Shown here piece after piece: positions 23,641 to 36,080 of a stretch of 64,000 nucleotides of DNA. A model generated the notes under the pieces. That model was not told where the DNA came from and did not search any database. It saw only the letters and a list, made by a program, of their open reading frames with translations. How positions within the stretch are numbered: the stretch's first letter is position 1; the number at the start of each line of letters is the position of its first letter. Made by a program: the position numbers and the translations under genes. The DNA is from Octopus sinensis (Eukaryota). The stretch spans positions 87,420,001-87,484,000 of the forward strand of contig NC_043006.1 in NCBI RefSeq assembly GCF_006345805.1, read 5' to 3'.

Positions 23641-24900
23641 ATCGTTTTTCTTGGAATAGAAAAAAAGTCTATCTTTATTTCTTCTTTTGTTTGTGTCTCA
23701 AATTTAGGTTAAATCAGTGTTTCTCAAAGGGGAGGCCTATGGGACGGTTGGACAAGTTGTTTTGAGAAAATTTGGTTGAAATATTTGACAACTCAGCACT
23801 GTCCATTGGACGGGGGGCGTTTTGCTCGTATATCTGTATAAATATATATATGAACGTGTGTGTGTGCGTGCGGGCATGTGTGTGCATATGTATGATAATG
23901 TATGTGCACATGTGTATTTGTTTATATTTGCGCTTCTTCAAAACTCCCTGAGCTAGAAACAGTGATTTTGTAATTTCCCACATCACCCAGTTAGTGGTTT
24001 GGTAAGCCACAGAAGGCATCAGCCAAATGTTTAGTTTTCTGATCTCTGTAAATCGCAGCAGTTGCTTCTAACACCAAGGGATTGGCTGGTGTCTCAGCTA
24101 AAGAAATGGAAATTATGCTGAAACACTAATGTATAATTATTTCCTTTGGAACATGTGTGTTGTTTACATGCCTTGTCTACAGGATGATGATGTTTTCTGA
24201 TATAATATTCAATAGCAAAGAGCCATGTCTATCAATATATATGTGTATGTATATGTATGAGCATATTAAGGTTTTTAAACACAAGAGGAAAATAACACTT
24301 AATATATGAGGTCATTCATTGATCTATTTAAACAAGTATCTTGGCCACTGCTCAAGTTTCATACAATATAAGCTTTCTGATATATATATATCGAAAAAAG
24401 AAACAATACAGGAAATGAGGAGTTCACAAACTGCAGAATAAGTCATTCACTCTCATCAATGATATTCATGAATAAAACTTGATAGAGGATACCCAGAACT
24501 TCTTAGCCCTGTTGCAGATGATAATGATTGTGTGTATTCATGTACACATGCTTGTATGCGTATGGGTGAATGTTTGCATGTATGTATGCATGATCATTGC
24601 CATCATTTTAACATCCACTCTTTCTTGCTTACAAGGGTGAATCACAATTAGGTGAAGCTAATTTTTCTATAATCAGATACCCTTCCTATCACCAACCCTT
24701 ACTTGTTTCCAGACAACACATATGTTCTGGCTCTCAGTTTCCACCTATAAAATCCACTCAATGCTTTGGCCACCCAGAGACTCTCGTAGAAGACATTTTT
24801 CGAAAGTTCCATGCAGTGGTATTGAACCTGAAGCCATATGGTTTACAAAAGAATAAATTAGAACAGAATCCTGTTTTTGATATAAAGTCTAAAAGAAAAG

Positions 24901-24987
<87 letters not shown>

Positions 24988-25249
24988 GTATACACACATT
25001 TTTTACTAGTTTTATTTTGTCTCTTTGTCTTCTCTCCTTGTGCTGTATGAACATATAATGTGGTTTTAGAGTCAGATTTTGGCTGCTATTTTTAGCATGG
25101 CCGTAATCTCGTAGATACCCTAAATTATAATTTTAACAATAATTATTACCTTTGAAGGTTTTTATTTCCATTGTTGGCCACTTGATAGGATTGCTATTTA
25201 ATTTAAATTAAGGATCTTATCCTTATTTATTTATATACATACATGCTAC

Positions 25250-25412
25250 ACTCACGGAGTGGTTGGCGTTAGGAAGGGCATCCAGCTGTAGAAACACTGC
25301 CAGATCTGACTGGGCCTGACGAAGCCTTCCAGCTTCACAGACCCCAGTTGAACCGTCCAACCCATGCTAGCATGGAAAGCGGATGCTAAATGATGATGAT
25401 GATGATGATGAC
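25250..25412 (+). mobile_element. Short RTE 3' end with (GAT)n tail
   Basis: ggagtggttggcgttaggaagggcatccagc...ccatgctagcatggaaagcggatgctaaa(tga)n. Confidence 0.85.
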
Positions 25413-25499
25413 TACCGTTGATTTCTTCAAATAACCTACCCAGTTATTACACATACCAACTAAAGCATATCAACATTTTCCCAAACACTAGTATTAAAA

Positions 25500-25723
25500 G
25501 AAACTTTGATGCACACACGACATCTCAGCATCCTGGTTTGCAAATAATCCAAATATCACAGTAACACTACTAAACTCTCTAAACATCTTAAACAGTTTTC
25601 ACCAAAATGTACTTCATCTAGTTAAATACAAATCCTCTTCTCAAATATCAACCTCTGCACCACACATCTGATTAGCTCCATAATTGTTCAACTCTTTGAC
25701 AACAATCTAATTATTTTTATCTC

Positions 25724-25730
<7 letters not shown>
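25500..25730 (+). pseudogene. Possible decayed Penelope GIY-YIG C-terminal fragment
   Basis: Broken translation contains NTTKLSKHL and NLCTT, resembling the PLE endonuclease tail; several stops and frameshifts. Confidence 0.3.
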
Positions 25731-25767
<37 letters not shown>

Positions 25768-26030
25768 CTTCTGGCACACTTCAAATGGGCCCAGTCATAT
25801 CAATTTTGCTTATAAATAAACTCACAGGGTTCAGAATTCAACAACATCACAATTATTCTGTGTGTGTGTGTGTATGAGTGTGTATACATTCAGCAAAATA
25901 TAGATGTGTCTAATTGATATATCGCACAAGTCAGTACAAAAAGTACAACTTCAGCTTCACACTTTGAAATAGCCAATTTAAAACTGAGTTACAGCAAATT
26001 TTTCGAAGGCCACACAATACTCCTAGGAAA

Positions 26031-26266
26031 TACCTATTTCTTTATTACCCACAAGGGGCTATACACAGAGGGGACAAACAAGGACAGACATAGGTATTAA
26101 GTCGATTACATCGACCCCAGTGCGTAACTGGTACTTAATTTATCGACCCCGAAAGGATGAAAGGCAAAGTCGACCTCGGCGGAATTTGAACTCACAACGT
26201 AACGGCAAACAAAATACCGCTAAGCATTTCACCCGGCATGCTAACGTTTCTGCCAGCTCGCCTCCT
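26031..26266 (-). mobile_element. SINE family B, young copy with TSD
   Basis: Reverse complement of the 13085 copy; flanks ctcctaggaaatacct (26020-26035) and ctcctagaaaatacct (26262-26277), 15/16 identical. Confidence 0.9.
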
Positions 26267-26887
26267 AGAAAATACCTTTATGTAAAATATGACACTCAAA
26301 GACAAACATCCAACATAAAAATAAAGATACAGGCATCACTGTATGGTTAAGAAGGTCACTGCCCAACCACATGTTTTTTGGGGCAATGTTTTCTGGTACA
26401 GACTCAGGTCGACCATAGCCTTGTAGATGAATAGATGGAAACTGTATAAAATCCCATCATATATATGTATGTATGTATGCATGCATGCATGCATAGAATG
26501 GGAACCTTTCGGTTTCTGCCTATTAAATTCCTTCACTAGGCCCAGGGTTATAGTAGAGATACTTGGCCAAGGTACTGAACAGTGGACTGAGGTCAAACCA
26601 TGCAGTTGAGAAATGAACTTCTTAATCACACTGCCATGCCCGTCTTCCTGTTGTGCTGTGGTTAAAATTTCCAATGCTCAAAGAATTTGTCTACTCATTG
26701 GTAGATGCTCTGTGGATGAGGTACTTAATGTAAGAAAGGCAGCATCGTACCAATCCTCAGACACAGACTATAGCCAAAACAATAATAACAAGACAGACTG
26801 AAACATTCGATAGACTCTAGATTGAAACTAAATGGTTTAGATTTAGTATCTATTTCTGGCTGGTAGGTATATTGAGACAATCTAAAG

Positions 26888-27427
26888 CAGGGGTCACCAA
26901 AGGGGGTCCAAAGAACCCTTTAGGGGTCGGTGAGGAATTACAGGGGTCAAATGGGGATCTTCATGTGAAAGACCAGCTCACCCAGATGAACTGCTTGAAA
27001 TATTTAGTCAGCGCCATGCTCATCCCTCACACTGATGTTGTCAGTTTCAGTAAAAGATATTCCAGCAATAAGTGTTTTTCACATTTGCTAAATGTGAAAA
27101 CAATTTCATAAAAATCGAAAGTTTAATACTCATACATATAGTTTTAAATGTAAAAAGTGTGTCATCATCAACAGAATTTCTTAACTTGTCATACATATAT
27201 ATTTTAGTTGACATTTTAATTGCCAGCATCAGTACTTGGCATGCGTTTAAGATATGGTATGGTAGGGTAGGGTATTAAGAATATTTTAAATGAGGAGGGG
27301 GTGGTCGATGCAGAAGGAGAAGTGGTTAAAGGGGTCAATGCAAAAGGAGAAGTGTTTAAAGTGGTTGATGCAAAAGGAGAAGTAGCTAAAGGGGGTCAAT
27401 GGTCGAAAAAGTTTGACAATTGTTCTG
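26888..27427 (+). mobile_element. Possible non-autonomous hAT (Charlie-like) element
   Basis: Starts CAGGGGTCACCAAA, ends aaaaagtttgacaattgttCTG; three subterminal repeats gca(g/a)aaggagaagt..ttaaag at ~27310-27395; no clean 8-bp TSD. Confidence 0.4.
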
Positions 27428-27924
27428 TCCAGAGACACAAAGAAACATTAGTGACAAATTTAAACTCATTATGAATAATTAGTTCAATAACTTAGTCACT
27501 TGATCAGCCACTGCTGTCTTATATTTTCACCAACAGCAAGAAATAAGTGTAACCCCAACATGCTTGCCTCTATTGTAGCCACCTCTAAAATTTACTGATA
27601 TATAGAAATGGACTGGTGAGTAGAGAGAATATAGTGTGTCAAAACTGTCACTCTCAACATCATACTAATTAACCATTGCATGTAAAAAGGTAAAGATTGC
27701 TCCTCGATTACAAATGAGCAGAGTATATTTTGGATTGGAGATCTGTGAGGTGCATTTAATTTTTCAACCAATTACTAAGATGCTGCAACAACCTGTTAAG
27801 TCGCAATTCATTTGGTAACATACATCCTGTTCTAGAATGCAGTATTGCCCTTCATGCACATCTTTACAATTCTGAAAATTCTATATCAACTAATCAAATA
27901 CCATGAAAAATAAAAAAAAACAAT

Positions 27925-28215
27925 CATTATCATCATTGTTTAACGTCCGCTTTCCATGGGTTGGACGATTTGACTGAGGACTGGCGAACCAGATGGCTGC
28001 ACCAGGCTCCAATATTGATCTGGCAGAGCTTCTACAGCTGGATGCCCTTCCTAATGCCAACCACTCTGAGAGTGTAGTGGGTGCTTTCACGTTCCACTGG
28101 CACGGGGGCCAGTCAGGTGGTACTGGCAACGGCCATGCTCAAATGGTGCTTTTTATGTGCCACCTGCACAGGAGCCAGTCCAGTGGCACTGGCAATGACC
28201 TCCTTAAGCCAAATT
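27925..28215 (-). mobile_element. RTE 3' end fragment about 90 bp into the intron after the aminopeptidase exon
   Basis: tttaacgtccgctttccatggg... plus about 2 units of the 62-bp 3' UTR array. Confidence 0.8.
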
Positions 28216-28307
28216 AGATGTAGCAATTCGATATATCCCTAAAAATGAAGAGAACAAACATATCAGCAAATTTTAATGTTATTTCTTCAATAAGTGAAAT
28301 ATCTTAC

Positions 28308-28953
28308 CTTGTTGATCCATCTTCTGCTGTATAACTGCTCAGATAAAATCCAACCATTCCAGTTTGCAGACGTGACCGAAAATAAATGATGATATCAAAT
28401 ATTTCTTCCTCTTTAAGGAAGCGGTCAAGCTTTATATAAAGCATACTACCATTCTTCTGTTGAATCAAATCAGTGGATCTTAATTTTGAATTGTTGTGCG
28501 AATGAATAACCAGTTCAGTTATGTTTTGTGTGTTGTGCAAAATAATGAAGTTTGTAGAAGAGACTGCTCTGCAGGTAATTGAGACATTCCCAGTTACCAG
28601 ACTTGTGGTAAGGTTAGGATGGATAAATATTGAATAATGTAATGGAGAAACAGATTTTGGAAGCCATACACTGCTCCATGGGAAGTTTGTATCAGTTTCC
28701 TCTGTACTACTATCTTCTGTTTTCTCACTATCACTGCTGTTAGACAAAAGATCATTTCGTGGTGCCTGAACTGGAGCTATGCTACATTTTTGGCTATCTG
28801 GACGAGCAAATGAAGCAATAAAAGCAACAGCTAGGATGACAATACCTAGTAATACACCAACTGTGAGAGCCATTTCTTTGCTGCAGATTACTTGTCGACA
28901 GCGCTGTGTTCCAGAAGGTTCATAAACAGCTCTTTTATTCTTAGCATTAGCAC
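28308..28953 (-). CDS. Internal coding exon of a type II membrane M1 (aminopeptidase N/ERAP/IRAP/ENPEP-like) metallopeptidase: end of cytoplasmic tail, TM anchor, stalk, N-terminal beta domain
   Basis: ORF 28304-28873 has a hydrophobic anchor (VGVLLGIVILAVAFIASFARP) and the M1 N-terminal motifs FPWSSVWLPKSVSPLHYSIFIHPNL and GFYLSSY..EDG.TR, plus 6 N-glycosylation sequons. The frame stays open 26 codons upstream of the listed Met to an acceptor (tttttcttccattgtag|GT, exon start 28953). Donor AAG|GTAAGA follows 28308 (phase 2, within the Arg codon). The paralog cannot be assigned. Confidence 0.92.
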
Positions 28954-29624
28954 CTACAATGGAAGAAAAACAGAAATAAATTATTGTAATTCATTGGAGA
29001 TAAATCTAATGAGACATATAATGGTTAAATGGGAAAATTCAATTGTTTATTGATTTCATATTTATATGTACTAGACAAATATTATTCATACAGATGGGAA
29101 AAATTATATGCATGTGAATTTTCTGGTATATTTGCACAACTATGTGCACATAGTGGCATGCATATGGATATATATATAAGTGCATGTTTATTTGTGCATG
29201 GGTAGGTTTGTACAGGGGCATATCATAAGGTACAGCCATGGCTGCTTGATTAAGAAGTCTGTTCATGAGCATATGGGGTCTACAGTCTGAAGTTGACTAA
29301 TGCCTCATGAGTAAAATACAATAGATGGAAACTGTAAGGACTCCTATTGTATGTTTGTGTTAGTGTATGCATGTGTGTGCATGCATGTGCATACATTTAT
29401 ATCCACATCTTCCAATTGATGCTATTTAGCTTGTCATGACATTGTCTATATGCCTCATGAACATAAAGTCCACCTGTTCAGTGGTTTATGTGAAGCTGTG
29501 GAACAAAGTAGGTTGAAAACACAATGAGGACAGACACCAAGAAAGGCATATGGCTATAGAATATAGCCTCAAGAGGTTCCCTAAACCCATGCCAGTACTG
29601 TAAAAGTGGGCACAAATATATCAT

Positions 29625-30350
29625 CAACATCATCATCATTTCATGTCCAACTTCTATGCTAGCATGGGTTGGATAGTTTGACTGGAGCTGATAAGCCCTA
29701 CTGTATGTTTTGGGATGGCTTTTATAGCTGGATACTCTTTCTAATGCCAACCACTTTACAGAGTGGACTGGGTGCTTTGTACATGGCACCAGTACCAGTG
29801 AGATCTTCTTTGGCATAATCTTTATGGTTGGATGCCTTTCCTAATGCCAATAACCTTGCAGTATGAACTGGTTGCTTTTTATATGGGACCAGCACCAGAA
29901 AGGTCACCAAGCTGCAAGACAAAGATTCATTAAGAGGGGTTGGTACTGAAGGTTGTTGCTTTGTGCCAAGTGAGGAGAGGTGATATATAGACAGAAATAG
30001 GTGTCTTACTGTAGAGGTGATACATCGTTACCCTAATGAGAGGGTGAGAGAGAGCAAGGGGAAGAGAGCACAAGAATGAAAGAAAGCAAGAGTGAAAGAA
30101 ATGGTAGCAATGTGCTATGTCATACTCTCAAAGTTTAAGGATGTGACGATAGAGGATTGCCCAGGGTGTATGATAGGGAGTTCACCTGAATGTAGAAGGC
30201 TGGAAATTGGGGAATGCAGTAACTGGTGAAACCTGAGGATTTGCACAGAGGAACAACAGAATAATAACAATACAGTTGATAGAGCAGGGAGAATAGGACT
30301 GGATAGCAGGAGTTGGGAGGGAGAGATAAGCATAGTGCATGAGGAAAATG
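29625..30350 (-). mobile_element. Old RTE subfamily 3' UTR
   Basis: (CAT)n, ggatgcctttcctaatgccaa, ggtcaccaag and a GA-rich tract, collinear with 860-1860. Confidence 0.65.
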
Positions 30351-31224
30351 AAAAAAGTTACCCCCTTAAAGATCCTAGCATATTCTTTCTTTCTCGTTAT
30401 ATCAGTGGAACTTTGGACATAGGTGAATTCATCAGGAAAAACACAAAGTGACTATTATCCAAGTTGATTAGTGAAATTTAATTTTTAGATGATTAATCTA
30501 CAAATGTTTTACATCGACTATGGTTATAAATAGAAAAGTACAAACAGTGAGATAAGGGCGCTAAAAACACAGAAGATGTGTGAAGCTTGGAAAGAAACAA
30601 ATCAGGCATGACCCTCTGAATGTATAATGTTAGTGTGCATGAACAATGAGGCACAGCTGTAAGAAATACTGTATATAAGAGGAGTTGTTTTAGAGTGCAA
30701 CAGAGATAGCTATGCTAATATGGACATGCTATGCATATAGATGAAGACAGATGAGTAGAAAAAGGGTAGAAAGGCACCAGTAGAAGAGGGAGACTAAGGA
30801 AGACAGAGAAAGAAATGGTGAAGTCTAATCACTGGATGTTGAATCTCGAAGGAAAGCAATCAGTTGCAGGATATTTTCCTTGAGAAGACCCATCCAATCA
30901 GTGCAAGCATGAAAACATGGGCATTAAAATGATGATGATGATGATGATGACGACGATGATGATGGTGGTGACGACGATAGTGATAATGATGATATTTTAT
31001 TCTAATATTTTCAATAATACATGTCACATGTGGAATATGTTAAGCATTTCAAAAGGATTTCAAAAGAAGGTTTGGAATAACTTAATGAACCCTACAAAAC
31101 TAAAAAACACAAATCAACTTTCTAAAATTAAATTACATTGATCTTATCAAACTAAAATGTACATGTTAGTGATACAAAATATACACAATTTTGTGATTCT
31201 TCTTTATCTTTTACTTTTTTCACT

Positions 31225-31525
31225 CCTCAAACAGCAGCCATGCTGGGGAAACACATTAAAGGATTTTAGTCAAATAAATCGATCCCAGCACTTATTTTTA
31301 AGCTTGGTACTTATTCTGTTGGTCGCTTTTGCCAAACTGCTAAGTTATTGTGACATAAATAAATCACTAGGGCTTCTTTCAGTTTCCATTAACAAAATTT
31401 ACTTACATAGTATGGTCAGCCTAAGACGATAGTTAGAAGTATTTGCCTAAGGCACCACAAAGTAGAACTGAACCCAGAACCTTGCAGTTAGGATACAAAC
31501 TTCTTACTACACAGCCACACTTGCA
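31225..31525 (-). mobile_element. Old SINE family A copy lacking the central microsatellite
   Basis: Right module (ggtacttattctgttggtc...) joins the left module (cttctttcagtttcc...cacagccac) through a short spacer. Confidence 0.6.
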
Positions 31526-31666
31526 ACTATGCACCTATAGACCACACTTATTGTATAGGCCTTCAACTGAAATCATACATTAATATTTAATCTGATATAA
31601 AATGCATACAATATGGTATTAAGGTATGTTTATCATATAGTATTAAAACATATATATTACAGTATT

Positions 31667-31715
<49 letters not shown>

Positions 31716-32186
31716 ACAGTTAGATTATCTTTAATATTTTCATTAAACTTTTCTATTTTCATTGAAGATTCCATTTTGAACAGAACAGAGCAGTATATTA
31801 TAAAATGTATTAAAAGCGAATTTTTACTAAATCTCACTAAACAAACACTAAATAAATTATATAAGTTATTGGTTTCTGGGCACTATTGACTTTTCATGGT
31901 CCCAAATTGTTTTAAACATTTTTTTTTTGGTTTATTATTGGAAATAATGCTGCTGATTTTAATGACTTGTCTGTTTCATTATTTAAACTACATTTTAGCT
32001 TTTTTTTATTTACAAATACTGGTGTTGAATTTAATGACTTGTGCGGAAAACTTTGAATCATTATTTGACTTTTTGAAGTAATATATAAAACAGAATGCCA
32101 ATCTGCTACATATATCTCTATCAAATTACAGCGGTCAAATAACATTATTCCAGCAAATGTTATTGTAGCACAGTTCATATAACTGT

Positions 32187-32965
32187 TAGGAGTGGCTGTG
32201 TGGCAAGTAGCTTGCTTACCAACCACATGGTTCCGGGTTCAGTCCCATTGCGTGGCATCTTGGGCAAATGTCTTCTGCTATAGCCTTGGGCCGACCAATG
32301 CCTTGTGAGTGGATTTGGTAGATGGAAACTGAAAGAAGCTTGTCGTATATATGTATATATATATATATATATATACAGGTAAAAGCACCATCCGCTCGTG
32401 TCCGTTGCCAGCCTCGCCTGGCCCCCGTGCCGGTAGCATGTAAAAGCACCATCCATTCGTGTCTGTTGCCAGTCTCGCCTGGCCCCCGTGCCGGTGGCAC
32501 GTAAAAACACCATCCGTTCGTGGCCGTTTGCCAGCTCTGTCTGGCACCTGTGCAGGTGGCACATAAAAAGCACCCACTACACTCACGGAGTGGTTGGCGT
32601 TAGGAAGGGCATCCAGCCGTAGAAACACTGCCAAATCTGACTGGGCCTGATGAAGCCTTCCGGCTTCACAGACCCCAGTTAAACCGTCCAACCCATGCTA
32701 GCATGGAAAACGGACGCTAAATGATGATGATGATGATGATGATATATGTAGGTATGTGTGTGTATATTTTTGTGTTTGTCCCCCTAGCATTGTTTGACAA
32801 CCGATGCTGGTGTGTTTACGTCCCCGTCACTTAACAGTTCAGCAAAAGAGACCGATAGAATAAGTACTGGGCTTACAAAGAATAAGTCCCAGGGTCGATT
32901 TGCTCGACTAAAGGCGGTGCTCCAGCATGGCCACAGTCAGATAACTGAAACAAGTAAAAGAGTAA
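32187..32965 (+). mobile_element. SINE family A split by an RTE 3' fragment (32376-32743)
   Basis: SINE head 32187-32345, TA tract, RTE 3' UTR array and (GAT)n tail, then SINE right module 32770-32965. Confidence 0.9.
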
Positions 32966-33815
32966 GCAATTTAGAATGATTTATGGTTTGATATTCATTT
33001 GAAAAGAACAGAGATGATGTATTTGACTACATTTTACAGCATTTGAGGATGGAGTATACTGTTTAATCATTCTTCTTGTAATAGTTTTTGTAATTGTTAG
33101 TAAACAGTCAAAAAATAAACTTGTTATAGTTTGAATAACAAAACAGAGAAAGCAAAGAAAATTGGAACTATGAAAAGTCAGGTGTTCTTATAAAATTATA
33201 TTTGAAAATTGCACATTGGGTTCCGTTACAAAATAAGAAAGTCAAAGTAAAACTGCCATTTCATTTTTTTTAAGGAATTGTGATGTCATTCGTTTCAATT
33301 TATTCAAGATGAAGACATTATTACAAATGCAATTAAAACACCTGTGTGTGTGTGGCAGGGTGCACATGTGTGTGTGGTGGGGTAGCATCTGAATTGAAAA
33401 TATTGTGCAGAAGGGAAAGTATCACTCATATTTTTTTTACATCCTTCAGCTCCCTTTCACTTTTCTTTCTTTGTCTACACAGTCTATTTCTTACACTATC
33501 TTATACCTTCACCCTATTTCTTTGTTATTCAAGCCCTCTCATTCTCTGAAGTGAAGGAGGGAGAGAAGGAAATAAGGAGATAAAAGAGTGTAAAAAATTG
33601 TTCGTTATTAGTCAAGGATAAAGTAAAGGAAATTGAAATGTTTCTAAGATTAAAAAAGTAATAGCAATAATCAATAACTAAAATAAAGATAAGGCTCCCA
33701 TGGCCTTCATTGGTCAGCAAGCAGATCATACATGTATGTATACAATACATATATATATATGCATGTAAACATACACACACACACATAACCCACATGTTTG
33801 TGTATGAATATATAC

Positions 33816-33861
<46 letters not shown>

Positions 33862-33864
33862 AGG

Positions 33865-33896
<32 letters not shown>

Positions 33897-34112
33897 TGTA
33901 TACACATACATATATACATATATATAGATACACACACACACACACATACACACACATACACACATATATATATATATATATATATACATAGACAAGCGGA
34001 AGCAAATAGACACCATTAATTTTCAAAATTTCTGATCTAAGTGTCTTAATATGTTTTCAGCAGTGTAAAATTTACAATGTAATTATTCTTTTTCATTCCA
34101 AGTGCCATTATA

Positions 34113-35362
34113 TTAGGTTGTCAAGAAAGTTCTTGCGGTTTTTAACCTTTAAATTCAGATGCACCTATCTTGGCTCAAACAAAACTTTATTAATCGAAAA
34201 TAAACATCATCAAAATCAACACACTTTTGCCAACGTGAAACAAGTTTGTTTATACCAGTAGTGTAAAAATTTTGCATTCTGGTGGTGATGAAGTCATTGA
34301 AGGCATATTTGGCATCGTCTTGATTTTTGAAGCATTTCTCACGCAGGAAGTTCTTGAGATGCTTTAAAAAGTGGTAGTCAGTAGGCGAGAGGTCTGGTAA
34401 GTATGGCAGATGAGGGAGAGTTTTGTAGCCCAATTCGTTCAACTTCTGCAGGGTCAGTTGTGCAACATGTAGCTGAGTGTTGGCGTGGAGAAGAATTGGT
34501 CCTTTTCTATTGACCAATGCTGGCTGTTGTTGTCGGAGTTTCATCCATTTGCTGACACTACTTCTCCGCTGTAATGGTTTCACCTGAATCCAAAAAGCTG
34601 TGATGGATGAGACTGACTGTAGACCACCAAACAGTCACCATGACCTTCTTTTGGTGCAACTTTGGCTTCAGGAAGTAATGTGGAGCTTCGTCAGCCTCCA
34701 GCCACTGAGCTGAGCATCGCTGATTGTTGTAAAGAATCCACTTTTCATTGCAAGTCACAATCCAGTCAAGAAACGGGTCATTCTTGTTGTGTAAAAGAAG
34801 GGAAGATGACACTTCAAAACAGCATATTTTTGGTTGTCATCCAATTCATGGGGCACCCATTTCTCAAGTGTTTTTGATTTTCCAATCTCTTTCAAGTGGT
34901 TGGAAATTGTTGTATACATTACGTCTAATTCAGAAGCAAGCTCTCGAACAGTTATGCATGGATTGGCTTCGACTAAGGCTCTTAGTTGATCGTTGTCAAC
35001 ATCCAATGGCCGACCACTACATTTATCATCTTCAAGATTCTCTTCACTGCTACGAAATTTCTTGAACCACCATTGTGCTGTACGCTCATTAGTGGTTCCT
35101 GGGCCAAACACTTTGTTGATATCATGAGCTGTTTCAGTAGCTTTTTGGCCTAGCTTGAACTGGAATAAGAAAATTGTGCTAATTTGCTTTAAGTCCATGT
35201 TGTAGTCAACGTTCTGGAAAAAATGGTCTAATTATTCAAAAAGAAAAAGAGTAGGACTTTAAAATGATATATAAAGTCAAAGTAATTTAATGAAAATTAA
35301 TTTGAAAAATGTCATTTAAAACCAAAATTTAAAATTCCGCAAGAACTTTCTTGACAACCTAA
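34113..35362 (-). mobile_element. Full-length (1250 bp) mariner, cecropia/Hsmar1-like, inactive
   Basis: Perfect 26-bp TIRs ttaggttgtcaagaaagttcttgcgg flanked by TA. Transposase 35198->34155 is split over three frames, with WVPHEL and PDLSPTDYHF; catalytic D1 is N (TCNEKW) and D2 is A (HAN). Confidence 0.96.
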
Positions 35363-35387
35363 TATTAAACATTTGCGAAGAGTAACC

Positions 35388-35660
35388 ATGCCACGTACAA
35401 AAAATTCAGCAAAACTGTCAAATTTTCAAAGAGGTCATATTGTTGGGCAATCTGAGGCTGGTCTTAGCTAGTGAAAAATTGCTGAAAATCTTCAAATTCC
35501 TCTTGCTACTGTTAATAAAATTATAGTACAATTCAAAAGCCAAGGAAAAGAATCAACAGATTCTCATTCCAGCCAACCTGGGCTCTGGGAAAGGAAACTT
35601 CACTGTTTGAAGAGAATTGTGGAAAATACCCCATTCAAAAGCTTCTGACATTGCAAAACA
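35388..35660 (+). pseudogene. Tc1-like transposase N-terminal paired-HTH fragment
   Basis: [48 protein letters not shown]; in-frame stops; ends at an RTE insertion. Confidence 0.6.
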
Positions 35661-35664
35661 GCTA

Positions 35665-36012
35665 GAAGTTAGAGCTGCTGACTGGTTCCCCTGCTGGTGG
35701 CACATAAAAAAGGCACCATTCGACTGTGGTCATTGCCAGTGCTGCTGGACTGGCTCCTGTGCAGGTGGCACATAAAAAGTACCATTTGAACATGGCCAAT
35801 GCCATTACCACCTGACTAGGCCTTGTGCCAGTGGCACATAAAAGCACCCACTACATTCTGAGAGTGGTTGGCATTAGGAAGGGCATCTAGCTGTAGAAAC
35901 TGCCAGATCAGACTGAAGACTTGTGCAGCCTGCTGGCTTGCCAGGCCTCAGTCAAACCATCCAGCCCATGCCAGCATGGAAAGCAGACGTTAAACGATGA
36001 TGATGATAATGA
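35665..36012 (+). mobile_element. RTE 3' end fragment with array units and (GAT)n tail
   Basis: ggtggcacataaaaaaggcacc units, ccatgccagcatggaaagcagacgttaaacgatgatg. Confidence 0.8.
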
Positions 36013-36020
36013 TATATATG

Positions 36021-36066
<46 letters not shown>

Positions 36067-36080
36067 ACTTTTAAATAAGA

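Noticed and set aside
23991-24097. Good minus-strand acceptor followed by 35 open codons (ETPANPLVLEATAAIYRDQK...)
   Set aside because: No M1 peptidase similarity, wrong phase for the next exon, and no convincing donor before the stop.
32647-32670. CTGATGA followed by a hairpin (AGCC-TTCC-GGCT) in the RTE 3' UTR
   Set aside because: No GAAA after stem II, so the hammerhead core is incomplete.
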